From: Podarcis erhardii
Lineage: Eukaryota
Direction: 5' to 3' (one strand)
Length of the DNA stretch: 64,000 bases
Assembly: GCA_964252035.1 (NCBI GenBank)
Contig: OZ176215.1
A program made the position numbers and the translations under genes. The notes under the pieces were generated by a model, which saw only the letters and a list, made by a program, of their open reading frames with translations, was not told the origin of the DNA and searched no databases. Position 1 is the stretch's first letter; every line of letters begins with the position of its first letter. This document shows positions 35,601 through 63,118 of this stretch, piece after piece.

Positions 35601-38457
35601 CTGTCTGTAACATGAATCAAGTCCCCAGCTTAGCATGTCGCTAGCAGATAGAGAGCTGCTTATCGCTGTCATTGTTATTATTATTAATTTCATTTATAGA
35701 CCATCTTATGTCCATGGCCTCAGAGTGGTTTAAAATACATGAAGAATACTAAAATGCAAACAATTTCTGTTACAATCAATAGCGCACAAAACATTAACAC
35801 CAATAGTGACCGTAGAGCAGCAAAAAGAAACAAAGACACCGCAGTGTGATTGATTCAGCATGCAAAATGTCAGCAACCTGGGTAAATTAAACCTGTTCAA
35901 CTGATGTTGGGGGCTCTGCATCAAAAGTGCTTGGTGCAGTTCTAGGAGTAGCAAGGTGCTGCCACAAAGAAGGCTCAGATATGAGCTTGGGTGGCAGGCC
36001 ATGGTGGCCTGATGGGAGAATCTGCCCCCTTCCTGACGGGCGTGGCTGAGGGAGTGCCAGCAAAAGGTGTGCATGATATCTCACGGGTGACTTGCTTCTT
36101 AAATGTCGCTTCTTGCAGAGCAAGAGGATGATGATGGTGACGCCGGGGAGGTGGACACCAGCGCAGGGCGCTTTGTCCGCTATCAGTTCACGCCTGCCTT
36201 CCTGCGCCTCCGGACAGTTGGCGCAACGTGAGTAGGAGCTTGTGGGGTGATGGGGAAAGGGGGCTACCATGCTAACCCTGTGGTTGCAATCAAATGATTC
36301 TGAGATTGTATGAAGCAGGTTCATCAGCTCACAATATATATTGGAGAAGTGGCTGTGCCTGGGGCTCAGTGTAATCTGTGATTCATAATAAATATTTTAA
36401 AAAAGGAATGGGTTGTCTCCGGCTAAGTCCTACTCAGGTAGGACCCATTAAATGACCTACATTAAGTCTGGTTCATTAATTTCATTGGGTCTACATGGAG
36501 GAGAACTAACGGTGAGTACAACCCAATATATCTGCAACACGAGAAGTGGCATTGTGCAAATTGTAAAAATTCACAACATGCTTGATTTTACTTGTCACAA
36601 CCCAGCCATCTTCATTATTTTGCATAATTTATTTGGCTAGCTGTAGATAGGAGCAAGGAGCTAGACTTGTTTGCTGCAAATAGTTGTCAGTTGCTGAGAT
36701 GTCACTAAGTGCTGCCTCATTTTTCAAACATACCTTCACAATCATAGGCACTAGGAACTTTTGATTCCATTATTCTGTTTAGGAAATGAAAGCTGGTATC
36801 TTTAGGAACAAGTGCTTGTGGGCAGCCCATGTTTTGCTCCTGCAGGTTAGTTACAGCTCTGTCTGTGCCCATCACAGGCAGCATTGCCTCCTGGCTGGGT
36901 CCTAGAAGTTTTGGCTTCTAGTCAGGAGACCATCCTGACCACCTAACTGGTTGTTCTTCTCTTTCCCTCCTGTCTCTGCAGCGTGGAGTTCACAGTAGGA
37001 GACAAGCCTGTGTCGAATTTCCGTATGATCGAGAGGCATTACTTCAGAGACCGCCTTCTCAAGAATTTTGACTTTGATTTTGGCTTCTGCATCCCCAGCA
37101 GCAGGAACACTTGTGAGCATATCTACGAGTTCCCACAACTTTCAGAGGACCTCAGTAAGTATCTCTTGTGTGACCCAGAGCTGGCTCAAGACCAGCCTGG
37201 TCTCCTCCAAGTCATTTTGGACTATAAATCCCATCTGTCCCAGCCACTGCAGGCTGCAGAGTGGGGTTGATGGGAGTTGTAGCCAGCACCCCTAAAAGCC
37301 AGTCTTCAACTGAGTGGGACTACCAGGTTGTAACTACCAGGTCACAGCCTTAGCCAAAATTGGAGGGCATGACGTTGAAGAGGATACAGTAGACTTTGCT
37401 TCAGTATCAGCTACCAAACGTCATGCATTACTTTAAACCTTTCAAACTGAGTTGTACTCAGAAGCCGGTTGGTAGCCAATGGAGTTCTTGTAGCACCAGC
37501 AATAGCTGTTCAGTGGTCACTCGTGATTAGTTACCCAACCGCTGTATTCTGCACAAACTTTGCACAGTCTTCAACCTGACCTAACCTCTTCCTGCTAGCT
37601 GCTTAAGCTGTTTTTCACAAGGAAGAAGATAGGGCCAAACAGAACTTCACACACTTAAGTGTGAACTTGATATATTTCAAATACCATGCCTTTTAGAATT
37701 GTGGCCACCGCAGCCTAAAAAGAGAGAGAAAAGTGGGGAGTATTGCTGCTAATTTCAGTTTGAGTAAGCACAGCTCACTCTCTTCAAAAGATTCCTCATT
37801 CAGGGGAAGAATGTGGTTACGCAGAAGCACTGAATTGGTTGACTTCTCTGTTCGTTACAAGCTCTGGGTGTTAAAAATATGTTTTAGAAGGTCATAGCAA
37901 CCTAGAATTGTTGAGTTGGAAGGGATTCTGAGGAACATCTAGTCCAACCCCCTGCAATACAGGAATATGCAGCTGCCCCGTACAAGGATCAAACCTGCAA
38001 CCTTCCAACTGAGCTATTTAAAACTCTTTTTTTGGAAATTTTAATTGGATTCTTATTGATGTGTTTGCCACCTTGGGCTCCTTAGAGGTAGGTGCAGGAT
38101 ATAAAGTCAATAAATAAATATTTGCTTTCCATTCACTGGCTGCACTTACGTAGTTCAGTTGCTCTTGCTCGTAAAATAAGCGATTTCATGTAGCACGTCT
38201 CAATTTTTTAGTAAGTGGTCAACAGGGGAGTTGTTACATATAGAGATCGCCTTACGTGCTGTGTCCTATGGCTGAGGCTAACTGACCTATCTCTGTCTCT
38301 CTTCCTCTTTCTCTCCCTCCCTCTCTCTCTTTCGTCCCACGCAGTCCGTCTGATGGTCGAGAACCCCTACGAGACCCGCTCAGACAGCTTCTACTTTGTG
38401 GACAACAAGCTGATTATGCACAATAAGGCTGACTATGCCTACAACGGAGGGCAGTAG
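32202..38457 (+). CDS. UNC119B: Protein unc-119 homolog B (myristoyl-cargo carrier); 5 coding exons, 236 aa
   Basis: join(32202..32403,35018..35131,36119..36227,36982..37154,38345..38457) = 711 nt. Motifs [93 protein letters not shown]. Position between MLEC and ACADS supports the B paralogue. Confidence 0.97.
32703..32944. mobile_element. Tc1/mariner MITE, family B
   Basis: TA flanks; TIR cagtgatacctcaggtta / taacccgaggtaccacag; internal ttcaggtta repeats; relatives at 44444, 45324 and 45463. Confidence 0.88.
34128..34322 (-). mobile_element. tRNA-derived SINE with L2-like tail
   Basis: Reverse complement has A/B-box-like head (gtgtggtgttgtggttagg, ggttcaaatcc) and ...accttgagctccttgagg...ataaat (caat)n tail; relative at 53965-54545. 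Confidence 0.7.
35018..35131 (+). CDS. UNC119B: UNC119B exon 2
   Basis: ctag|AC; (N)[37 protein letters not shown]; donor gtaagt. Confidence 0.97.
   Translation, partial: TISADQRTTFTILISPSSRSGTWRQGRCYLKLPNLQL
36119..36227 (+). CDS. UNC119B: UNC119B exon 3
   Basis: gcag|AG; (E)[35 protein letters not shown](T); donor gtgagt. Confidence 0.96.
36982..37154 (+). CDS. UNC119B: UNC119B exon 4
   Basis: [57 protein letters not shown]; donor gtaagt. Confidence 0.97.
37281..37357 (+). repeat. 77-bp segment duplicated at 45209-45285
   Basis: Identical except one base (gttgtaact vs gttgtgact). Confidence 0.9.
38345..38457 (+). CDS. UNC119B: UNC119B exon 5 (coding part)
   Basis: (I)[39 protein letters not shown] at 38455-38457. 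Confidence 0.97.
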
Positions 38458-41400
38458 CCGCCGCCGCTGCATCCCCCTCCCCCCCTCCATTGGACTTTGC
38501 ACTACCGCCAGCCATCCTGGTCACATTGGAGGAGAGCAGGGAAGCTGCCCTGGACTCCGAGGCCTTTTGCGGAAAGCTCTGTGAGGCTCAAGATGTGATG
38601 TTGAAGGGGCTGAGGTGGCAACTGGTGACAGTAAAGGAGCTCCCCTGGCAAACCCGAACCCTTTCCAGCCTTGTTCCTTTCTGGTCCTCTGCTCGGTCCC
38701 CAGTGGCACCTGGGTCAGGTTACAGGTTGGACTGTCTGTTAAATGTTAAACTGATGTAGCAGTTCTTGTAGTTTGGCGCACTTAGCCTGTATTTATTGTA
38801 TGTTCTTCCCCTTTCTGGTGGGCAAAGGGTCCTCCGACACAAAGCTGTTTCCTCTTTCAGGTAGCCCATGAAACGTAGATAGCAGGTTTTCCCCCTTTGG
38901 AGGAGTGTGGCAGGGCTGGTGAATCACTTTGGCAAAATCGGTGACAGCCTGTATGATTGACTGTGAGGGCCTACCATTCACAACCAACCGAAAAACAAAA
39001 CGCAAAGGAGGAGAGGTGGTGGTGTTTTTTAAGGGATGCTCCAGATTGTGGCTTCGTTCTGTGGTCTTGAATGTTCCTTAAACGCTGTTGGGTACCGGTT
39101 GGCAAAAAAAAAAGGCCTGTGTCCCACTGTGAGTCTTTGTGAGGTCTTTGAGGCCTTTTCTGCCAACCAGCTTAGGGGGAGGGAGACTGAGATGAGCGTT
39201 TCAGCCTGAACACTCCACACACTTCTCTATCCTGCCTTCAGCCTAGGTTCCGTTCTGCATCTCAATTTTGCTCTTTTCCTTGAAAAGAGTGCAAAAGGAG
39301 GTGGGCAACTGTTACCGGGAGCCAGGAATTGCCTGGTGGAGCCTGTCCAAGCAGCAGGAGAAATCTTCTGTTTGTGTCTCAAAACGTATTAGTGTAAGAA
39401 ATGGTGGTGTTAACCAGCTTGTATTGCCTGCCTTGGTTTGTGCCGCCATTGAAGTGGGCTCCATAGACTCCCCAGTGCAATGAGATGTAACGGAATCAGT
39501 GTGGCTGTGAAAATAAGGGACTTTTCCCTCTTGAAATCTGTAGCTCTGAGCTTTTACTGGCTCCATTTAAATGTGTAGGAAACCAGCCAGCTTTTGCTGC
39601 TGAGATGCCACTGTGCCTGTTGGTTAGGCACATCTGAGGAGGGAGTACTGGATGAGGGCCTGAGGAGGAGGGTGTGTATCAGCCAGTGAAGCAGGAATCT
39701 TGCCCTAAGGCGGCTGTCGGCAACTACAAAGCAGTATTTTTGTTGCTGTTGGACTCCACTCCCAGGCCTTTCTCTCGCTTCAAAGTTAAGCTGGTGTTCA
39801 AAGGCCTTGCGGTCAGGGGCCGGTTCTGTGTCAGATGCTAATTCAGCCCTGCACGGGAGAAAGCCTTCCAGGCTCTTGAGACTAGCCCTTTTTGGAGGGG
39901 GGTGGAGGCACACGCACATTACCCTGAAGCAAACCCTTTTAGAGAGGGGAGGAGGATAGTTACAGATTAGAGCGTTTGTAGGAGGCGAAGCGCAAGAGGA
40001 AAATGGCTTGGACTCTTTAGCTGTAAGGTAGGATGTTCTTAACCCCTCCCAAAATATTGGGGATGTAATAAAGGTGAAAAGGGCAGAGCTTTTTGTCCCT
40101 GTGTAGCCAAGTTTGTGGGTTAAAAGAAAAGAAAACCCTCTGTATTTTTGTTCTTGTTTTCTTCCTAACCTGTGATGTTCCAGCTCCTGCACTGTGCGGC
40201 CCAGTTGTCTCTACCGATTGATGATGGTAATCAGTTCTGCTGCAGTCCGCTTGATGCTTTCCACAGAAAGGTGCCTTTTCTCCCCATGTCGAAGGCCACA
40301 TTCCCAGAGGAACAGTTGAGGGAAACACTTCCTCATTCCACAGGAGGAGGTGGTGGTGATATGGGGTTCCAGAGTCAATGTGATTAAAAACACCAGGTGC
40401 CTTTTAAACATCATTCTTACTGTTGCTGAGGCTCCTTCCGAGGACGTCCCGCCTTTGCTTTCTTACGAATTTATCCCAGGAGCAGTTGGGAAGGAAGGAT
40501 GGGCAGCAATCTGAGCCAAGAGCAGGTACCGTACTTTGCAATAAACTCCCAGCTGCTGGCCCCCTTCTCTGGGCTCCAGATTCTTCTCTTCTCCTCCTTC
40601 TCACTTCTTCTTTCTCAAAAACTGAAACACTCTGCCCCCCCCTTCCTTCCGAGTGTTAATGCTCTGTGTGTCCTTTGCAAGCTCCCATCTCTTCAAGAAG
40701 AATCACGAAAGCAGAAATGGGGCGAGGGGCTTGCTTGTTAAATTCTGTCTGTTGCTGCTTCTGCCTTGCGGGACCAAAGACGTGAAATGGGGAAGGAAGC
40801 TTGGGGCAGCGAGGGGCAGGTATCCTGATGCCCCAGAGGACGTGGCCAAATGTGTGGATTTGAGCTCTCTGGAACACTTTGCGCTGAGAGAGAGGGGGGC
40901 TCTTTGAATTACCCCACCAGATAGAAGATGAACCTGCCCTCGTCCAGCCGGCACTTTTATCTGTCACTCATTTGGCTGCTACCCCTTGGGACCACATGCT
41001 GCATTCCTGTGTGGAAGCCTGTCTCTCCCTCCCCCACCCCCTGAGCCATCTTCCTGTCGCACTGACACTGCATCCGTGGGTTGCATATGGAAGAGGAGGG
41101 GAAGGGTCTGCTTCTGCCATGTTGACCATAGTGTTAGTGCAGGGTGTTTGGGGGTTAGATACAAGAACAGCATTTATCCAAAGACAGGGGCACCTAAATT
41201 TATAACTGGAATAGATGGGCCATCTCCCCCAAGCGGTTACTTGCCATGGGAAGGCGTCAACGATTCGTTCTTCCTCCCCAGCCATAACCTGGGGGACGGG
41301 GGCTTTCTCGTGGCCTCTGCTAAGTTTGGCAGGCCATCTCCCTGGCTTGATTTCAAGCCCTTGTCTTCCTCTTTGCATGTCCTCGTCCCTCTGGAGAATT

Positions 41401-42842
41401 GTTAATGAAACTGAGCCCTTCCCTGTTGAATAAACCACACAGGACACTTGAAAGCAAGAAGTGTCAATGAGGAAGGGAACTGAAAATACATTGACTTCTG
41501 TATTGTATGCAGATTGATACTGATGACAGGTTTGCCATGAAAAGTATCTGCCTTAAAAGCATTAATCTGTAAGGTTTACTGTTGCCCTCCGATGGTGTTG
41601 ACAGCGGCTGCTTCCATCTCATACTCTGTGGCTGTGCAGGCACTGAAGTCCTTGCATTGCATTGTCCGCTTGCCCCACCCTAACTAATGGAGAGACCTGG
41701 TCATAACAGGGCTGCTCTGTTACATTTCCCATTTGGTGAAGCACCAGCAAACATGTTTGGACCTCCTATGTATTTTTTTTTTTTTAAATTAATGGGGGTT
41801 TTTATAAGGCCATCAGACCCAGGCAAGGGGATAGTTTATTTCTCAGTCCCACTGATTTTTCAGAGATTTTCCTGGGATGACTGGAAAAAGAAAACTGTTT
41901 TCTGGTATCCTGCGATCAGTTTACCAGCAGGGAGAAGAACATTTGCAGGACTGTGACAAAATGCATCTTTCTCCAGTTTGTCTCTGAATTGGCCATTGGA
42001 AAGATTTCCCCTGCAAGATTTGTTTTTAAAATAGGGCTTTCTATTCCATTGTGGTCCTTGCCTGATAATAATATACCCATTTTTGGTCTGTCTGTGTGCA
42101 TCTGTGACCATTTGGAGAGTGGCAGGTTGTTCCTTTGAAACTTGTGAATTCCAGAAAAGAGATCACGGACGTTATATTTTTCTGTCAAGGTATTTTTCCA
42201 TAGAGGATGACAGGAGTGTCCCAAGAAGTCTGTGTGACCATTACGATCACCACATTGAACCGTCGCCATGCTGTTGTCATCTTGTGTGTCTCCTAAACCT
42301 ACAGTATACTAGCTGACTCGTTTGTATAAAATGTTACTTTGTTGAAAGCAATAGTAATTAAAAACAAAAAAGCAAAAAAACCATCAACACACAGCTGGTG
42401 TTTTATTTGTTGCATGACCTTAGTGCTGGGAGCTGGGTGGGTGGTGAGCAGGCAGCTCTTGCATATTGTGAACCTGGAAATCTGAGAACCCTGAAAATAC
42501 AAGTGGGTAATAAAAAGGTCCAGATCACCTTAGAATAGCTGCTAGCTGTTGAAAAGAGGCTAGGCAGGAGATAGGGGCTCATCAGTGTCCTTTAATTCCT
42601 GCTTGAGGTTATGGTGGGGGCTGTTTCTGGACTAGAATAGGAGCAGCATTTCAGAGGCCCTCTTGGTTCCAGCATCCAAACAAGCTCCAGCTCCAACAAC
42701 ATGAGTTTGCATAATTTCATGGGAATACCTTTTAAGAGGACATAAAAACTGCATTGGTTGAAGCTCCATCTGGCCCAGAGGGCTCTTCCTGACACAAGAC
42801 CAGCCAGTTGGCTCTGGGAAGTGACCAAGTAGAGCATGTAGC

Positions 42843-43020
42843 AATAGAATCATAGAGTTAGAAGAGTCCAACCATATGTCAGGAGTGGTCTGATGGTGTT
42901 TCCTGCTTGGCAGGGGGTTGGACTCGATGGCCCTTGTGGTCTCTTCCAACTCTTCTATTCTATGAAGACCTTGTGGTCTCTTCCAACTCTTCTATTCTAA
43001 CTCAACTATTCTATGATTCT
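42843..43020 (+). mobile_element. CR1 3' end remnant with duplicated terminal 31-mer
   Basis: gggggttggactcgatggcccttgtggtctcttccaactc...attctatgattcta tail; 42932-42962 matches 42969-42999. Confidence 0.75.
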
Positions 43021-43312
43021 AGTTAAACCTCCTGCATTTGAGCCCTCGGTGGGCTCCAGCCTTCTGGTTAGTTGCCAGGTGCATTGCACCACAGGAGAAG
43101 CCATTACTTGTTTATCCCCTGCATCTGTCAATAAGATTTATCACAGATTATGTGATCTTCATGATGTGCTCTGGAATGTCAAGATTCATATTCCCCCGTC
43201 TGTGGAATGCTCTCCCCAGAGAGACTCCTCTGGCATGTTCGATACATACCTTTTCACACCAGGTGAACCTTGCATACATGTGCTTGGGTTTGTTAGTATT
43301 TTGCTTCCTTGC

Positions 43313-43371
43313 AATAAATTTTAAAACCTTAAATTTTTAATGAACACCTGTTAGCACTTTCCAAGAATAAA
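43313..43371 (+). terminator. Candidate distal UNC119B polyadenylation signals
   Basis: AATAAA at 43313-43318 and 43366-43371; earlier AATAAA also exist (e.g. 40067). Confidence 0.45.
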
Positions 43372-43928
43372 ATCCTCAATGTGCGGTTGCACAAAATGTA
43401 AAGTTTGAAATAACCTCAAATAAAACACATCTCATTATTTCATAAAAGTTATACACCGCTTGATAGTAAAAACAACTCAAAAGTGGTTTACGAAAAAAGA
43501 ATTTATCAGTAAAAAAAACGAACAATAATTTAAAGACTTGAAAAAGTAAAAACAACAATAGACTAAAAAAACATTAAAACTTGCATCTACTTTAAACATG
43601 ATTAAAACCAGCATGACAGGCCCAGACCTTTCAGTTTCTTTCTCATCCCGTTCAAATTGGAGGGGGGTTAGCTTCTATTGCATTTTAAAATGCAATAGGT
43701 AGGGATTTTTTTCCATTGCGAAAAAATTAAATTAAATGAGCCGACCCAGTACAAAGTGCTGAAAAGTGTTTTTTTAAAAAAATAAATAAATAAATAAAAA
43801 TCTTCCAATGGTTAAAAAAAAAAAGTAGGGGGAAGGGCTGGGAGCTTATTGATGCTAATGAGGAGGCGGTGCTTAATGAGGCAGGCAGGAAGGGCAGCAA
43901 GGGAGGGCGGCCTATTCCTGGGCCCGGC

Positions 43929-58839
<14,911 letters not shown>

Positions 58840-59120
58840 GGGGGAGAAGATCTGTGTTTCAGTGCCTCCTACTTTCTTGCAGAGATGCACGTGCGATTAG
58901 AGATGATAGACCCTGGGTCTGGTTCCAAGCGAACACAGAGCCCCATTTGCCAGAGTTTGGGCAGAGTAGGAAACTCAGGCCACCTGTTGCTGCAGGCCAC
59001 AACATTCACTGTGAGAGTTGAACAGTAAGCCAGAGCGGAGAGTCTCAAGACAGCAAGATAAAAGTGTTCTCTGCCTTTAAGGTGCCTTAGATAAAGAGAT
59101 ATATATACATACACAAAATG

Positions 59121-59126
59121 AATAAA
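59121..59126 (+). terminator. ACADS polyadenylation signal
   Basis: First AATAAA after the stop (about 280 nt downstream), followed by T-rich sequence. Confidence 0.7.
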
Positions 59127-59911
59127 TTGCACTATACCAAGGGTTTGATTTCTCTCTCCTCACCCCACTTTGCACTACAGCCTCAGGTTGCGTTTAATGG
59201 ACATTCATTTGTGTGATGTTTCTTTAAACTACCTCTGTCTGCAGCAGAGATCAGGAGTGCAGAACTGTTGTGTGGATAAAGGATAAATGAAAACTCTTCT
59301 CCAGCATCAGATACTGCCCTGAATATGTTAGTAGGGTGCAGGGGGTGGGCACCCACTAAGAATACCCACTGAGACCTGTGGGTATAGGGTAGTATACAAA
59401 TTTAATAAATAATAATAAATAATAATCTGGAAGCATAGTAATTATTGCCATGGACCATTAGCAATAAATGGAAGATTATGTTCATGTTTGTTAATAGTGG
59501 CAACAGATAGAAGTCACAGCTGCTCTGGGTACTTAGGCAATGTCCTGCTGGTTGGTGAAAGGCAGCCTCCTTATCCTCTCCGTGATGTGAAGTGTCTGGG
59601 AAAGAAACTGAGGTGCCTGTGCATCTTTTTCTCACGTACAATAAGGAATCTTGCCAGCATTCCTTCTGCTGGGGTCTCCACCATGTGGGGTCTCGCTTGC
59701 AGGGGGAGAAAGAGACGAACCTTGGACTCTGCAAAGCTTTCCACATCTCAGCCTGGATGTTGGTTAAAGCACGGTGCTGATAATACCAAGGTTGCAGGTT
59801 CAATCCCTGTTTGGGACAGCTGCATATTCCTTCATTGTGAGGGGCTGGATCCTCAGACTCTACAACTCTTATGATTCGATCAAAGCAGTTCAGGCCTTTG
59901 ACAGTGTAAAG

Positions 59912-60221
59912 CAGGGGTCGGCAAAGTTTTTGTGGCTTGGGCCAGTTCACAGTCCTGCAGACGCTACAGTGGTCCAGAATGCGCACACACACACGTGCAA
60001 ACACTATTTCCGGCGCAGAGGAAGCATGCACAGCTTCCCAATGGCTGCAGGAGCTTCCTACAGCCAATGGGAAGCCAGCCAGCATTGTGGAAGGCGGTCC
60101 CGGCTCTGCTCTGCACCAGTTTAGTGTGGTGCACGGGAGCTGGGCAGCGGAGGTCTATGGGCCGGTTAAACAACCCCCATGGGCTGCTTGTGGCCCATGG
60201 GCCTTAGGTTGCCGACCCCTG
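59912..60221. mobile_element. hAT MITE
   Basis: Perfect 13-bp TIR caggggtcggcaa; perfect 8-bp TSD gtgtaaag (59904-59911, 60222-60229). Confidence 0.92.
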
Positions 60222-61549
60222 GTGTAAAGAGCAATTAAGAGTAACTGCTATAGCAAATGCTCTCACAGCTAATGGCTCCTCTTCAGCTGGGCAAGGAGAT
60301 TCAAGATGCAGGCCACTTATTCCACTCTAAAAATACAACCAAACCCCACCTCCTTGCCCAATTTCTAAAATCAATGTTTAGAATTACACACAGCCATCTG
60401 TGGTTGATTTCCACCTTTCCTACCATGGATAAAAATTATTGCCATACAACATTATACATACAGGATGAGGTGTGGTGGCTATTCAGTATAATAATAGAAC
60501 AAACTTCAAGCAGCGGCGGCACTCTATCTCTTACTATAGGATTTTAGCACTAGACAACTGATGAGAGAAGTCAGCTTTCTAACCTGTTTTATGAATATGT
60601 CAAAAATAACTTACTGGTTACAGTGGAAACTGTTCTGGACTTGGTGGCCTTTTCGTCTGAAGCAGCAGAACAAGCTCTTAGTGGGAACATAATACTCTCA
60701 GCACCACTTGCAGTAAGAAGCCAGGGTAGAAGTGGCCATCCCTGTTCTGTATGCAAATCCTACTTCCTCCACACCAGAAACACTCCTTTGGGGACACTCA
60801 CGCCCCACAATAACCTAGAAAGGCCATAAGCATGTTTAATTTGATGCCTGAGAAAAATCCCAAAGCTGCTTTCTTGTTTACTTGGGGAATTAGTCTGCAT
60901 GGCCTCATCTAAAGTATGAATGAAAGATATGGCTTCTGGCAGAGTGCATTGTGCTCACAAGGCAACTTGGGCTCCCAGTTTTAATTAAAAAAACAAACAA
61001 ACCAAACTTAACCCAACAAGTTTTTCTTAATTTAAAGAGGGCAATAGCAACCAGCGTAACTTATTCAGCATTTTATCAAGCTTGCCAGATCTGCAGTTCG
61101 GTTTGTGGTAAGTGAAGGTCAGTGAATTCCCTTGCCTCTTTCCTGGGAACTATGCAGCAAGCAACCTATCCATTTACTATTTTTTATACCACCCTTCATC
61201 TAAACACAAGTAAAAGCACAAATAAATAGAACAAAAACAACACACACACACTCCGCACACCAAACACATTTAAAAGGCTGTAGAATGTTAATCATCCAAA
61301 GACCTGGTTGAAGAACATTTTCACAAGGCACCTAAAGATATATAATGAAGGTGCAAGGCAAATCTCTTTAGGGAGAGCATTTCACAAACGGGGAGCCACT
61401 GCAGAAAAAGCCCACTCTCGTGTTGCCAACCTCCAGACCTCATTGGAGGCACACAAAGAAGGACTTCAGAGGAAGAATGCAGGGCTGGGATCGGTTCATA
61501 TGAAAAGAGGCAGTCTGAGGTATGGCGGTCCTGAGCAATTTACAGCTAC

Positions 61550-62215
61550 TGCTTTGCTAATATCTTCTTTGGCGATCACTCGTAACAGAGTAAGATTGTC
61601 TTCCATAAACACGGTTTTAACACTGAGTCCGTAAGTGACTGTGGAGGCCAATTCTGGATCCACACATCCTTCCACAGTGGGGACATTGGTTTCCAAGTGA
61701 GAGTTGACCACGGTGTGGATTTGACAAGCGTGCCTTCCTCTTAGCACGTTTCTCCCTTGCGTCCTGAGTTCGAGTGTCTTCAAAGCCCATGACACCTTTG
61801 GTAAAGGCTGTTCTCCAACTGGAGCGCTCGCAGGGCAGTGTTTCCCAGTTGTCAGTGTTTATACTACATTTTTTTAGATTTGCCTTGAGACAGTCTTTAA
61901 ACCTCTTTTGTTGACCACCAGCATTACGCTTTCCATTTTTAAGTTGGAATAGAGTAGTTGCTTTGGAAGACGATCATCAGGCATCCGCACAACATAACCA
62001 GTCCAACAAAGTTGATGTTGAAGAATCATTGCTTTGACACTGGTGATCTTTGCTTCTTCCAGTACACTGATATTAGTTCGCCTGTCTTCCCAAGTGATGT
62101 GTAAATTTTTTTCAGAGACACCATTGATGAAATCTTTCGAGGAGTTGGAGATGGCGTTTATAAGTGGTCCATGTTTCACAAGCATATAGTAAGGTTGGTA
62201 GTACAATAGCTTTGT
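61550..62215 (-). mobile_element. RTE-clade LINE ORF fragment
   Basis: LHITWEDRRTNISVLEEAKITSVKAMILQHQLCWTGYVVRMPDDRLPKQLLY matches the RTE post-RT region. Confidence 0.8.
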
Positions 62216-62481
62216 AAACAAATATTTTGCAAATATAACCCTTGTGGGGCACGTCAAGTGATTTCTGACAGTTTTTGCTCCTCAAAAACTGTTGGGAGAC
62301 ATTTCTCCCCCAAATAGTTTACCGCCAACTCTCAGTGCTCTTCAGTTGCACAGTTTTACTTTCAAACACCAGCCTCTGCAAGCTCCAAGCCCATAGGGAG
62401 AATGGAAAGATAATCATGACAGAATCGGGATTCAAGATTACCTTAACTGAAGCCCTTGGGAAAACTGGACCCAAACGAACA

Positions 62482-62668
62482 AGATGAATTTAAATGTGGA
62501 CAAGGCTCTACACCTAGGCAGGAATAACCGGCTGCACAAATATTAGATGGGGGACACATGGCTTGCCATTATTACATGTGAAAAGGATCTAGGGGTTCTT
62601 AGTAGACCACAAGCTTAACATGAGTCAACAGTGTGATGCAGCAGCAAATAAAGCTAATTCTATTCTGC
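62482..62668 (+). mobile_element. CR1 RT fragment
   Basis: Broken frames ...LHLGRNNRLHKY.MGDTWL...CEKDLGV..DHKLNMSQQCDAAANKAN. Confidence 0.8.
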
Positions 62669-62676
62669 ACTATTCT

Positions 62677-63118
62677 ATGGTTTTGACCTATAAAGCTTTA
62701 TACAGCTCAGGACCTCAATACCTCAAGGACCACCTCTCCCCATATGAACTGATCCAGACTGCAACTATCATCTGAAGCCCTTCTTCATGTTTCCTCCCCC
62801 CCTACTGGAGGTTTGAAGGGTTGAAAGACAGGAATAGGCCTTTTTTTTTCTTTTCAGTAGCTTATTTTGGGGGATGCTCTCCCCGAGGAGGCTTGCCTGG
62901 TGCCTTCATTACATATCATTAAGCACCAGGCAAAACCTTTCTCTTCACCCAGGTGTTCGGCTGATTAACATTCTACGATCTTTTAAATGTGTCTGTGGGA
63001 GGGGTGTTATTATTTTGTTTTGTTTTGCTTTTGTTTTATTAGGTATCTTGCGTTTCTGTTGCGAACCGCCCTGTAATCTTCAGATGAAGGGCGGCATACA
63101 AATTTAATTAATAAATAA
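62677..63118 (+). mobile_element. L2 LINE 3' end remnant
   Basis: VLTYKALYSSGPQYLKDHLSPYE...; typical 3'UTR ending in an aataaataat tail. Confidence 0.7.

Noticed and set aside
39554-40192. 212-aa ORF antisense to the UNC119B 3'UTR
   Set aside because: Composition looks random, with no motif or splice context; consistent with a chance ORF.
40215-40300. TGATGA resembling a snoRNA C box
   Set aside because: No downstream CTGA D box or terminal stem, and the location is 3'UTR, not intronic.
59402-60085. 227-aa minus-strand ORF, the longest in the track
   Set aside because: Starts inside a hAT MITE and runs through SINE and low-complexity sequence; no recognisable domain.
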